Translations under genes and position numbers: made by a program
Shown: one piece after another, positions 47,128 to 56,126 of the stretch
How positions within the stretch are numbered: the stretch's first letter is position 1
How the letters are laid out: every line of letters starts with the position of its first letter
Source of the DNA: an uncultured Clostridia bacterium
GTDB taxonomy: Bacteria > Bacillota > DTU014
DNA: 64,000 bases
Reading direction: 5' to 3'
Assembly (NCBI GenBank): GCA_900016865.1
Contig: FIZI01000008.1
Coordinates: forward strand, 5,425-69,424
Notes under the pieces: generated by a model
The model's input: the letters and a program-made list of their open reading frames with translations, nothing else
Databases searched by the model: none
Told to the model about the DNA's origin: nothing

Positions 47128-47859
47128 GTGATGCAATTGCCCTTGACTCTTGCAGACATTCGAAGCAACGAAAGCCTTAGCTATCTTATTCAACGTGCAA
47201 ACGACTACCTGGCAAAACTAGGCTATACAGAACACGGGATAAGGCACGTAAGTTATGTTTCCTCCACTACAGGCCGTATTCTGAGGGAGCTCGGCTATCC
47301 TGAGCGATACTGTGAACTCGGGGAGATTGCAGGTTATCTCCACGACATCGGCAACATGCACAACAGAAAATTTCACGGCCCTCATGGAGCCAATCTCGTA
47401 TATACAGAGCTGAGGCGGATGGATATGCCGCTCGAGGAGATCTGCGAGATCACAATGGCCATAGCCAATCACGAGGAAGAGATAGGGATCGCAGCTACAC
47501 CTCTGACTGCAGCTCTCATCATAGCTGACAAGAGCGACGCACACAGGACTCGTGTGCGCCAAAAGAGGCCCGGCCGCGATATCCACGACCGTGTCAACCT
47601 GGCCATCACTGATTCCAAAGTAGAGGTTGATGCCGATACCCGCATAATCACGCTCGACATCGAATTCGATACCTCAATGTGCCAGATTATGGACTATTTC
47701 AAGATCTACCTCAAGCGAATGGAAATGTGCCAAGAGGCAGCCGCCACTCTTAACTGCGATTTCCAACTCGTCATCAATGGACTTCAGTTGATCGGCGAGG
47801 TGGCCGAAGATTCGAAAATCGCAGAAGAGCTTGGCGTGGCCCTGCGAAAAACCTCATAG
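47128..47859 (+). CDS. HD-domain metal-dependent phosphohydrolase
   Basis: H..HDIGN motif (..AGYLHDIGNMHNRKFHG..). 243 aa. 3' end overlaps the convergent HD-GYP gene by 6 nt. Confidence 0.8.
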   Translation: MMQLPLTLADIRSNESLSYLIQRANDYLAKLGYTEHGIRHVSYVSSTTGRILRELGYPERYCELGEIAGYLHDIGNMHNRKFHGPHGANLVYTELRRMDMPLEEICEITMAIANHEEEIGIAATPLTAALIIADKSDAHRTRVRQKRPGRDIHDRVNLAITDSKVEVDADTRIITLDIEFDTSMCQIMDYFKIYLKRMEMCQEAAATLNCDFQLVINGLQLIGEVAEDSKIAEELGVALRKTS

Positions 47860-48897
47860 GACTCTGCCCACCACCCGCAGGTCAGGGTTGCGAAGGAGGT
47901 CATACTCGCGCCCTCGGTTCCGGCCGCGCAGTACCCTGACAACCAAGCTTCTCTTGTTGACATTGACCACAGTGCACACTTCGCCGTTGTTGAGCCTGAC
48001 GACGCTGCCAATCGGGTAGGTCGCCACCAGCTTGAGAAAACGGCCGACAAGGTCTCGATCGTACTTGGTGTCGGTCTCCTTGACCAGGATCGAGACCGCC
48101 TCATACGGAGTCAAGGCACTGCGGTACACCCTGTCAGACGTCATGGCGTCATACGAGTCTACAATAGCCGCTATTTTCGCATATTCGTGGATCTCATCGC
48201 CTTTGAGCCGCCTGGGATATCCCGAACCATCCAAGCGCTCGTGGTGCTGATACGCCACGTGGGCTGCGAAAAGGCTGATGTTGTTCTTCTTTCTCAAGAC
48301 GTCGAAGCCGTCCGTCGTATGACGCCTGATTACCTCAAACTCTTCCTCTGTCAGCGGGCCGCTCTTGTTGAGTATCTCGCACGGGACAAACAGCTTGCCT
48401 ATATCATGTAGAATGGCGCCCTCTCCAAGCTCTTTGACATCGAACTTATTCATGCCCGTATCGAGGCCCAACATCACAGAGAGGACACAGACATTCACGG
48501 AATGACTGTACGTATAGCTGTCGTAGCTCTTTATGTCGACCATGCTGACAATGACATCCGGATTGGACGAGATCTGTTCGATGATCTCATCCACAATGCT
48601 GCTGATCTGGCTCAAGTCGGCAGTCCCGGTTTTTTTGACACTCTCTACGGCATCCCGCAGCAATGAGATTGCCTGCACCCTAGTCTCTTCAGTGATAGGT
48701 TCGTCAAAGTCTACTTGATCGAGACTCTCTGACGGGTCCAAGATGTACACGTACGGGTAGCCAAGTTGACCCAGCCTCTTGATGTAAGTCGGCTTTAGGG
48801 TCGTGCCCTTGGCGAGCACGACCCTGCCTGCACCATCGTAGATTGTCCTTGCCAGTACCATTCCTTCTCTTAGATCCTCTGTCGCCAATATCCTCAT
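47854..48897 (-). CDS. HD-GYP domain protein (putative c-di-GMP phosphodiesterase)
   Basis: HDIGKLFVP...HHERLDGSGYP (HD-GYP signature). 347 aa. Confidence 0.88.
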   Translation of the reverse strand: MRILATEDLREGMVLARTIYDGAGRVVLAKGTTLKPTYIKRLGQLGYPYVYILDPSESLDQVDFDEPITEETRVQAISLLRDAVESVKKTGTADLSQISSIVDEIIEQISSNPDVIVSMVDIKSYDSYTYSHSVNVCVLSVMLGLDTGMNKFDVKELGEGAILHDIGKLFVPCEILNKSGPLTEEEFEVIRRHTTDGFDVLRKKNNISLFAAHVAYQHHERLDGSGYPRRLKGDEIHEYAKIAAIVDSYDAMTSDRVYRSALTPYEAVSILVKETDTKYDRDLVGRFLKLVATYPIGSVVRLNNGEVCTVVNVNKRSLVVRVLRGRNRGREYDLLRNPDLRVVGRVL

Positions 48898-49001
48898 TGA
48901 GTTGTCTCCCTACAACCAATTGTCACAGTCAGCACTCTCCGGGACTCCGACCCAAGACTCAAAGCAGCCAAACCCAGGACTCAAACAGGGTCTAGCTCCC
49001 C

Positions 49002-49646
49002 TTATCCTACATGGGCATTGCAGCAGAACTGGACAATAGCATCGTCCTGCCCGCACAGGCATACCTGAATCCACTGTATTGGCGCACTCGCCTCCCCTAT
49101 CCTGCCTTGCAGCGCCAAGACAGTACTACCGCCTTCTCGCCTAGCGGCGTCAAAGACGTTATCGATCTCAGCCAGCGCCTCCATACCGGGGAGTTCCCCG
49201 ATCTTTCGAGTCTTAAGGTCTGCTACAGTCATACCTAAGAGCCGAGCAGCCGCTGCATTCGCCACAGTCACGTTTCCAGCAGAATCAACAACAAGAGTCG
49301 CGCACGGCATAGCATCGAAGATCGCCTTGTACCTTCTCAGGCTGCGATCGGATTTCATAATACTGATCAGCCGAGCGAGATCTCTAAGGCCCTCCTCATC
49401 GAAGTCCATCAACTCCGCAATAAGCCTATTTCTGGCGTCCATCGCAGCGTCGCCACTCAACTGCCTATGATTCTCGTACACAGGAATCGATTTCCCGCCA
49501 AGCATTTCCAAGTCATGCTTGCGTATTCTCCAAGATCTACCGATCTTGACGCCTTTCAGCGTGCCGCTTTCAAGAAAGGAGTAGACAGTTCTCGGTGTTA
49601 CCTTGAGGTACTTGGCGACATCTCCAACAGTCAGCAGAGGTTCCAT
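49002..49646 (-). CDS. Excisionase/MerR-type HTH DNA-binding domain fused to PAS sensor domain; transcription regulator
   Basis: LLTVGDVAKYLKVTPRTVYSFLESGTLKGVKIGRSWRIRKHDLE (HTH_17-like), then PAS-like ..YKAIFDAMPCATLVVDSAGNVTVANAAAARLLGM.. ATG at 49646 with GGAGGGA SD (track start 49721). Confidence 0.75.
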   Translation of the reverse strand: MEPLLTVGDVAKYLKVTPRTVYSFLESGTLKGVKIGRSWRIRKHDLEMLGGKSIPVYENHRQLSGDAAMDARNRLIAELMDFDEEGLRDLARLISIMKSDRSLRRYKAIFDAMPCATLVVDSAGNVTVANAAAARLLGMTVADLKTRKIGELPGMEALAEIDNVFDAARREGGSTVLALQGRIGEASAPIQWIQVCLCGQDDAIVQFCCNAHVG

Positions 49647-50131
49647 ACGTCTATCCCTCCACATCGCCATCGTCCCAATCCAGCCACTCCCCAAAACACC
49701 ACAGGCCAAAAAAAACCACATCCCTCCATCAACCCAGAAGAGACATGGGCTAACAACACGGCTCGATTACGGGTTGACTTCGGCAGCCCGGCCATCATAG
49801 CAATAGCCGTAGATCCGTGGCTTTGCGCCCCTGCCTTTCGACAGGTTTGCCATTGTCGGTCAAGATCCGTACTTCCGTTGACAAAAAGGCTTGACTTGAC
49901 TGCTCACCAGTTTCATATTCTGCGTATTCAGTACTTTTCCTTCAAGTTCGCAGTGGAGTTGGAAAAACCATGAACCGCGTCCTGCTTACTACTAAGAGAA
50001 GTCACAACGGCTACGTGCGGAATGCAGCGAAATCGCTACATATTGAACGAAATCAGAAGCTGGTTGCGCAATTTGGCCCTATACACCCTCAAGATCCAGT
50101 TGTCACCAGGTGCACAAGCGTCTACAGTATT

Positions 50132-50157
50132 AGTGAACTAGTAGACTAGTTCACTAG
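50132..50157. promoter_or_regulatory. Perfect 11-bp inverted repeat TAGTGAACTAG-taga-CTAGTTCACTA; candidate operator of the YtrA-type GntR regulator (a third TAGTGAAC half-site lies at about 50229-50236)
   Basis: Seen directly, 90 to 115 nt upstream of the GntR start. YtrA-family regulators typically bind such palindromes upstream of their own operons. Confidence 0.6.
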
Positions 50158-50248
50158 TTATGTAGTTTATCGTCGGACTTCAGGCGACACCCACCGAGCC
50201 GTCTTGACAACGCCAACCTACGGTGCTCTTAGTGAACGGAGGGTAAAC

Positions 50249-50683
50249 ATGAGGATCCGCGTAGATGTGTCAAGGCCGATATACCAACAAATGATTGATG
50301 AAGTCAAAAGGGCAATCGCGAGAGGAGAGCTCAAGCCTGGGGACAAACTGCCCTCGCACAGAGATATGGCTCAAGAGATCAGAGTAAACCCAAACACAGT
50401 TCAGAGGGCGTATCGAGAGATGGAACAAGGAGGGCTGGTGCAAACCCTTAGGGGCCTGGGCACTTTCATAAGCGATGACCCAACTCTCGTTGAGCGAACT
50501 AGAGATGAAATGGCGCGGCGTTCCATACTAGCCTTTGTCCAAGAAATGAGGGCACTAGGCTTCTCTCCTGCAGACATTGTTGCGCTCGTCGAAAAGAGCG
50601 TCAACGAGTTCTCAGACGGCCAGAAGGATCTCCGCGACTCGATCCAGGGCATTCAACAGACTGGGGTGATTAACAGTGAGTGA
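50249..50683 (+). CDS. GntR-family transcriptional regulator, YtrA subfamily (short C-terminus)
   Basis: ..IYQQMIDEVKRAIARGELKPGDKLPSHRDMAQEIRVNPNTVQRAYREMEQGGLV.. is a GntR wHTH. ATG at 50249 with GGAGGG SD (track start 50204 lacks one). Confidence 0.88.
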   Translation: MRIRVDVSRPIYQQMIDEVKRAIARGELKPGDKLPSHRDMAQEIRVNPNTVQRAYREMEQGGLVQTLRGLGTFISDDPTLVERTRDEMARRSILAFVQEMRALGFSPADIVALVEKSVNEFSDGQKDLRDSIQGIQQTGVINSE

Positions 50684-51407
50684 TAACAGGCAGATTACAG
50701 ACAACGGCGGCGGGATGCTCCTCAAAGTGGAGCACCTAAGCAAACGGTACCTTCGCGCTCAGGCGCTCGACGATGTCTCCTTCGAACTCAATAGAGGCAG
50801 CATTGTGGGGCTCCTAGGGCCAAACGGGAGCGGAAAATCCACTCTACTGAAATGCATAGCCGGGCTCTGCCGTCCGACTCACGGCAGAATACTGATTGAC
50901 GGGAAACAGCCCGGGCTGGAGACAAAGAGGAAGGTTGCGTATCTGCCGGAAGTTGATTCTCTCTACCAGTGGATGACCGCCCGTCAGGCTATGGACTTCG
51001 CCAAGAGCTTCTACAACGATTGGGATGAAACGCGAGAAGCCAACCTCCTGGACCTCGTCAAGATAGACGCAGAAACATCGATCAAAGCGATGTCCAAAGG
51101 CCAGAAGGCTCGCCTCCGGCTGGTCATGGCTCTTTCGAGAAGAGCCCCTCTCATCCTTCTGGACGAACCCCTCTCAGGGATTGATCCGCCCTCCCGGTCG
51201 AGGGTGCTCAATGCCATAGTGTCGGAGTTCAGCGAGGAGGAACAGACGATTATATTGTCGACCCATGAGGTGAGCGAGGCTGAGAGCATCTTTGACCAAG
51301 TGATTTTCCTGCACAAGGGCAAAATCCGTCTGATGGGCGACGCAGAAGACATTCGTACAGAGCGTAACAGCTCCATACAAGAGCTTCTGGAGGAGGTTTA
51401 CGCATGA
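50676..51407 (+). CDS. ABC transporter ATP-binding protein
   Basis: Walker A GPNGSGKST, signature MSKGQKARL, Walker B ILLDEPLSG. 243 aa. Overlaps the GntR stop. Confidence 0.9.
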   Translation: MSDNRQITDNGGGMLLKVEHLSKRYLRAQALDDVSFELNRGSIVGLLGPNGSGKSTLLKCIAGLCRPTHGRILIDGKQPGLETKRKVAYLPEVDSLYQWMTARQAMDFAKSFYNDWDETREANLLDLVKIDAETSIKAMSKGQKARLRLVMALSRRAPLILLDEPLSGIDPPSRSRVLNAIVSEFSEEEQTIILSTHEVSEAESIFDQVIFLHKGKIRLMGDAEDIRTERNSSIQELLEEVYA

Positions 51408-52177
51408 CTGCTGGAGCGATCAGATTTGGTAAGCTGTTGAAAAAGGACCTTGAGTCATACAAGGTGTTCATGGCAATTTTTGTTCTAGGCATCATCGCTT
51501 GGGACATCTTCCTCTGGACGAGGATTGGCAAATGGAGGCCCGATATGATCGTTGGGCTGACGTTTCTCCCGCTCTTGCTCATCGCGTTTTGGGCGCTGCT
51601 CTCACCGTTCTTAAAGTTGCGCCAGGAGTGGGACGGAAACCACGTTCATCTCATACTAGTGCTGCCTGTGCCGGGTTTCTACATCACAGGGGCAAAGGCC
51701 TTAGCGACCTTGATCGAGGCGATAATTCTGTCTCTCATTGCAACTGCGGGTATATGGTATGTCGGGATTCTAGCGCTCAATCCGTCTGTCAGTTGGGTAG
51801 TGCGGCAAATGACAACCGCAGACGTGGTCGGATTTGCGTTTCAGGCGCTCTTGATGTTCTGGCTCGCACTCTGCGCCGCGATCGTAGTAGTCCAATTCGC
51901 GTATCTGTCCGGGCGTCTGTACGAGAAGTTCTCAGGCCTGATCGCTATATGGACGCTCTTTCTCAGCACATGGGTCGTGGAGCAGTTGGGTGCGCTTGCA
52001 GAGCCCGCGTTCCGCTGGTTGCCTGATTTCGGGTTCAAGACGTGGCAGACCATCAATGATCAACTAATCACCAGTGTGGTACCTGTGAGCAGCGCACCGA
52101 TTGCATCCGTGCTCTTGGGCGCCCTGATCCTCTTTGCGGCAGGGTCATGGATGCTCGATAGACAGATTGAGATATAA
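51404..52177 (+). CDS. ABC-2-type membrane permease (hypothetical)
   Basis: 257 aa, about 6 TM helices, no ATPase motifs. GGAGGAGG SD. Overlaps the upstream stop. Confidence 0.7.
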   Translation: MTAGAIRFGKLLKKDLESYKVFMAIFVLGIIAWDIFLWTRIGKWRPDMIVGLTFLPLLLIAFWALLSPFLKLRQEWDGNHVHLILVLPVPGFYITGAKALATLIEAIILSLIATAGIWYVGILALNPSVSWVVRQMTTADVVGFAFQALLMFWLALCAAIVVVQFAYLSGRLYEKFSGLIAIWTLFLSTWVVEQLGALAEPAFRWLPDFGFKTWQTINDQLITSVVPVSSAPIASVLLGALILFAAGSWMLDRQIEI

Positions 52178-52189
52178 GGGGTGGACTCG

Positions 52190-53326
52190 ATGAGATTTCG
52201 CCAGGTATACCTTTTGATTCTGGTTGCGTTGACCGTAGTCGTTGTTGTGTCAGCTACCTCAGGCAAAGTAGGCCCGTTTAGGTGGAAGGTTGACATCACC
52301 TCAGAGTCTGGCAATATGAGCGCCTCGCTCGAGTACTATCCCAGTGCTGAGTCGTCAGCGAGTATCTCTCGTCCATCCGAAGGGCTCTCCGTATTCCTGC
52401 TTTCAAACCAAATGGGGAGTGTAAAGGTCAGGGGCGTCGACAGTGACCAGATAGAGATCTCCTACACCATCAAGGTTTACGCTGAGACTCAGGAGCAGGC
52501 CGACGAGTACCTTGACAGCTGCTCTATTTCTGCGGACAAGCAAGACGATCGGCTGTCGGTCAGGCTAATACGACCGGTACCGACGACTCACGAAATCAAG
52601 GGCGTAGTAGTGGACTACGACGTGTCGGTCCCGCATGGGATCGAGCTCGACATCGACAACCGCTTCGGAACAGCCGACGTCTCGCACTACAATGGTGACG
52701 TAACCTTGGACAACCAGTTCGGCGCTACGACTGTGAACGACATAGTCGGCGATGTAGTAGTCCAGGCTGGATATGGGCGATTTAGCGTCACGGATATTAC
52801 CGGCAATGCTGTAGTCCAGTCCAGCTTCGCGAGCCGGATGAGCGACATCGCAGACGTGGATGGTGCTGTGACGCTGCAACTACAGTATGGCGATGATGTC
52901 GAGTTGCGCAACGTGACCAAGCCTGTCAACGTATCTGCAGGTTTCAGCAAGCTGGCCCTTGCGAACGTAGATGGTTCTGCGCAGATAGACTCGCAATACT
53001 CAAACATTACCGCTTCGAACATAAAGGGACCTATCAAAGTTACCTCAAGATTTGACACCATTCGGCTATCACGTGTAGTCAATCCAGTCGATCTCAAGGC
53101 TAGGTATGCGAACGTCCACATAGGGCTGGTGGATGAGCATGAGGCCACCGGTGGGTTTTCGTTTGACCTCAGAGTCAGATACGGAAACATAAAATCAGGC
53201 ATACCGCTCGAAGAGGACAAGGTATCAAGTACTGAGACGCTAGCCTCAGGCAAGTATGGTTTGGGAGCGATCCCTATAACCGCAGAGACTCATTACACAG
53301 ACATCCGGCTGACACTTGATGATTGA
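52190..53326 (+). CDS. DUF4097-family beta-strand-repeat (putative adhesin/LiaG-like) protein
   Basis: N-terminal TM, then repeated about 20-aa beta-strand units (..VDYDVSVPHGIELDIDNRFGTADVSHYNGDVTLDNQFGATTVNDIVGDVVVQ..). ATG at 52190 with AAGGGGTGGA SD. Confidence 0.75.
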   Translation: MRFRQVYLLILVALTVVVVVSATSGKVGPFRWKVDITSESGNMSASLEYYPSAESSASISRPSEGLSVFLLSNQMGSVKVRGVDSDQIEISYTIKVYAETQEQADEYLDSCSISADKQDDRLSVRLIRPVPTTHEIKGVVVDYDVSVPHGIELDIDNRFGTADVSHYNGDVTLDNQFGATTVNDIVGDVVVQAGYGRFSVTDITGNAVVQSSFASRMSDIADVDGAVTLQLQYGDDVELRNVTKPVNVSAGFSKLALANVDGSAQIDSQYSNITASNIKGPIKVTSRFDTIRLSRVVNPVDLKARYANVHIGLVDEHEATGGFSFDLRVRYGNIKSGIPLEEDKVSSTETLASGKYGLGAIPITAETHYTDIRLTLDD

Positions 53327-53405
53327 CCGGGCTAAATGACAGCCAGTGAGCAAGGCCCTCAAGCCTGTGCCTAACCCAGGGGGTAGGGCGTAAACCCCGA
53401 AAGCA

Positions 53406-53443
53406 AGAGGCCCGCCGCCGCACAAGGGCGTCGACGGGCCTCT
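53406..53443. terminator. Bidirectional intrinsic terminator (AGAGGCCCG...CGGGCCTCT) between convergent DUF4097 and flavoprotein genes
   Basis: 9-bp GC stem with an about 20-nt loop. T-rich flank TCGTCTATCTC on the plus side. Confidence 0.5.
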
Positions 53444-53447
53444 TCGT

Positions 53448-54032
53448 CTATCTCGCAGTGCCTGCGAGATTGGTTATGAGCCATACCATGTTTTCGCCAA
53501 GCGTGTCCATGGTCCTCATGCCCTCTTCATCTGCTTCTACACTGCCAACCTCTCTGCCGATCCCGAGATTCCAGTAACTTGAGCCGGGCACGATCATCTC
53601 ATTCGCCAAGAAAAACGCGTTGATCACATTCAGGACATTGATAGAACCTGCTCTGCGCACCGCAGTCACTGCAGCTCCCACTTTGCGCCTAAGCATGTTG
53701 TCATTTCCGCGTGCCACATAACCGACTCTGTCTATCAAAGCCTTTGTCTCTGCGGTAGGTCCTGCGAAGTACGTTGGAGATCCTATAATTATGCCGTCTG
53801 CATCCAGCATCTTTTGTATGCAGTAGTTGACAACATCTGTTCCAATCGCGCAGCGGCGGTCTTTGCGCTTTCTGCAAATAGAACAAGCCGTGCATCCTCT
53901 GATCAGGTGCCCGGCTAGAGAGACCATCTCGCATTCGATTCCGGCCGCCTCAAGCTTCTGAAAAACACGACGGATAAGCATGGCAGTGTTGCCATCCTTT
54001 CGCGGACTACCGTTGAACGCCACGACCTTCAC
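53448..54032 (-). CDS. NADPH-dependent FMN reductase-fold iron-sulfur flavoprotein
   Basis: [16 protein letters not shown]... flavodoxin-like start. Cys cluster [12 protein letters not shown] at 54032 with GGAGGTG SD (track start 54050 is TTG). Confidence 0.8.
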   Translation of the reverse strand: MKVVAFNGSPRKDGNTAMLIRRVFQKLEAAGIECEMVSLAGHLIRGCTACSICRKRKDRRCAIGTDVVNYCIQKMLDADGIIIGSPTYFAGPTAETKALIDRVGYVARGNDNMLRRKVGAAVTAVRRAGSINVLNVINAFFLANEMIVPGSSYWNLGIGREVGSVEADEEGMRTMDTLGENMVWLITNLAGTAR

Positions 54033-54100
54033 ACTGAGCACCTCCAACAACTACCGGCTAGATCAGCCTAGTCCGTGGTGTCGCCATCCTATTGGACAAA

Positions 54101-54125
54101 CCCCCGAGGTGTTGATCCTCGGGGG
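54101..54125 (-). terminator. Terminator hairpin (CCCCCGAGG-tgttgat-CCTCGGGGG) closing the minus-strand sugar ABC operon
   Basis: Perfect 9-bp stem, 75 nt after the permease stop. TTTGTCC follows on the minus strand. Confidence 0.5.
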
Positions 54126-54200
54126 CTCCAATGCAAGTTACAACCGGTCAATATACTTGCTTGACAGTCGTGCGGCTCGGCTTCCGCAGCCCTGACGTGA

Positions 54201-55073
54201 TTACTCGCCTGTAATACCGGAAGTACCCATGGTCTGGACAATCTGGCTCTGGTTGATAAGGAACACAGTGATCGGAACGATCATCAGGATAACTGTAACC
54301 GCAGCCGCGGCTCCAGCCCGGCCAACGCCGCCGCCAACGATCTGGTTGAGCGCGTACGGGAGGGGCTTGAGCTGCTCGGCATACAGATACAACTCACCTT
54401 GGGTGCCCCACAGCTGCTGGAACGCAAGAATGATGAGCGTAAGCCATGCAGGCTTGACTATCGGCATGACTATACGCCAGTAGCAGTCAAACTCGCTTGC
54501 TCCGTCGATTCGAGCAGCCTCCAGCAATGTGTCGTGAATCATGGCGGTGATGAAGTTCCTCATCAAGTAGACTCCAAGCGTCATGGCCCATGCGGGTACT
54601 ACGATCGCCCAGTATGTGTTCATCCAGCCAAGATACGAAATCAACAGGTAGTGCGGTATCATCAAGACCACGCCTGAGAACATCAGCGACAGCATGATTA
54701 GCTGGTTGAGCGCTTCCTTCCCAGGGAAGTTATGTTTTGCCAACGCATAAGCACACATCGAGCCAAAAGCGACGTTGCCCGCAGTCCCCAATGCCACGAT
54801 AAGCAATGAGTTAAAGAAGTACCTGCTTATCGGCACCCAGCTCTTGGCCATCAGAACAAACAGGTCATTGAAGTTGTCCAACGTGGGGTGCCTTACGAAG
54901 AACTGAGGCGGGAATATGAACAACTCATTCAGAGGTTTGAACGCGTTGCTGATCGTGTACACCATAGGCATGGCCATAAAAGCCGCACCAATAGCCAATA
55001 TCGCAAAAATGACCACGTCTCCGCCTGTAGATCTGTTTATCCTCTTGGCTCTCAGTGAAAAGTCAAATCTCAT
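54201..55073 (-). CDS. Carbohydrate ABC transporter permease (MalG/AraQ-like)
   Basis: 290 aa, 6 TM, EAA-loop region ..LLEAARIDGASEFDCYWRIVMPIVKP.. Confidence 0.9.
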   Translation of the reverse strand: MRFDFSLRAKRINRSTGGDVVIFAILAIGAAFMAMPMVYTISNAFKPLNELFIFPPQFFVRHPTLDNFNDLFVLMAKSWVPISRYFFNSLLIVALGTAGNVAFGSMCAYALAKHNFPGKEALNQLIMLSLMFSGVVLMIPHYLLISYLGWMNTYWAIVVPAWAMTLGVYLMRNFITAMIHDTLLEAARIDGASEFDCYWRIVMPIVKPAWLTLIILAFQQLWGTQGELYLYAEQLKPLPYALNQIVGGGVGRAGAAAAVTVILMIVPITVFLINQSQIVQTMGTSGITGE

Positions 55074-55088
55074 GCCGACACCCCCTCC

Positions 55089-56078
55089 TTACCCTATCTT
55101 CCTCAGCAGTCGCTGCACAAGCCTCTGTGCGCCAACCATTACGACAAACAAGACCACTGCCATAGCACATGCGTAGCCCATTTCGTAACGGGCGGTGGCG
55201 TAGTCCTGCATGTGTTGGACGATCGTCCACGTCGCCCAGTCAGTTGGCGTTGCACCTGTTAACGCTTGAATACTCTGAGTAGCAGCGAAGGACTGGGTAA
55301 TCGCAATGATCGCACCGAACATGAGGTACGGCCTCATCATAGGCAGAGTGATAAACCACAGCTCCTGCCACCTGTTTTTGATCCCGTCTACAGCGGCTGC
55401 TTCGTAGAAGCTGTTGTCTATACCTTGCAAACCTGCAATAAAGGTCAAGAAGCTGACACCAAGGCTCATCCACAAGGAGACCACAATAACTATCGGCATC
55501 ATCCATCTCGGGTCTACCAACCATTGAATCGGCCGGTCAATGACACCCCAATACAGCAGGAGACCGTTGAGGTAGCCGTATGTGTCACCGCTGAACAAGA
55601 CTGTCCACACCAGGTATGCGTTCGCTGAGATCGACGGAGCATAAAAGAGCAGTGTCAAGAACGCTCTGATCTTCGGCTTCAACTCGTTGATCAACCACGC
55701 AAACACAAAGCACAGCAGATAGCTCACAGGACCGGTGATGACAGCGAACAACAGCGTGTTCTTCACAGCTATCAGGAACACGTCATCTGCTAAGAACAGT
55801 CTCAGATAATTCTCCCATCCCACCCACTTCGGCGCTTGAACCATATTAAAGTAGGTGAAGCTCAGGCCTATTGCCACTAAGATGGGGATGACTGTGAATG
55901 TGAAGAACAAAATCGTAAACGGCGCAACAAACGCATACGACGCTTTGCTTGCCTTCATCCTGGCCCAAAGATCTGACATCCTTTCTCTCAGGTTCCGCTG
56001 CGGCACGCCAGTCCCCGTCGTAGTTGGCGCAACTGTACTCATGCGACGCCTCCTCCCTTCAGTGCTTCGGAGCGGCAA
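55089..56078 (-). CDS. Carbohydrate ABC transporter permease (MalF/AraP-like)
   Basis: 6 TM with EAA motif ..FYEAAAVDGIKNRWQELWFITLPMMRP.. Start uncertain (several in-frame Met). Confidence 0.88.
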   Translation of the reverse strand: MPLRSTEGRRRRMSTVAPTTTGTGVPQRNLRERMSDLWARMKASKASYAFVAPFTILFFTFTVIPILVAIGLSFTYFNMVQAPKWVGWENYLRLFLADDVFLIAVKNTLLFAVITGPVSYLLCFVFAWLINELKPKIRAFLTLLFYAPSISANAYLVWTVLFSGDTYGYLNGLLLYWGVIDRPIQWLVDPRWMMPIVIVVSLWMSLGVSFLTFIAGLQGIDNSFYEAAAVDGIKNRWQELWFITLPMMRPYLMFGAIIAITQSFAATQSIQALTGATPTDWATWTIVQHMQDYATARYEMGYACAMAVVLFVVMVGAQRLVQRLLRKIG

Positions 56079-56126
56079 TTAAGAATTGCCGACTCCGAAA
56101 ATCCTGCCAAGTCCGGCATCGAATCT

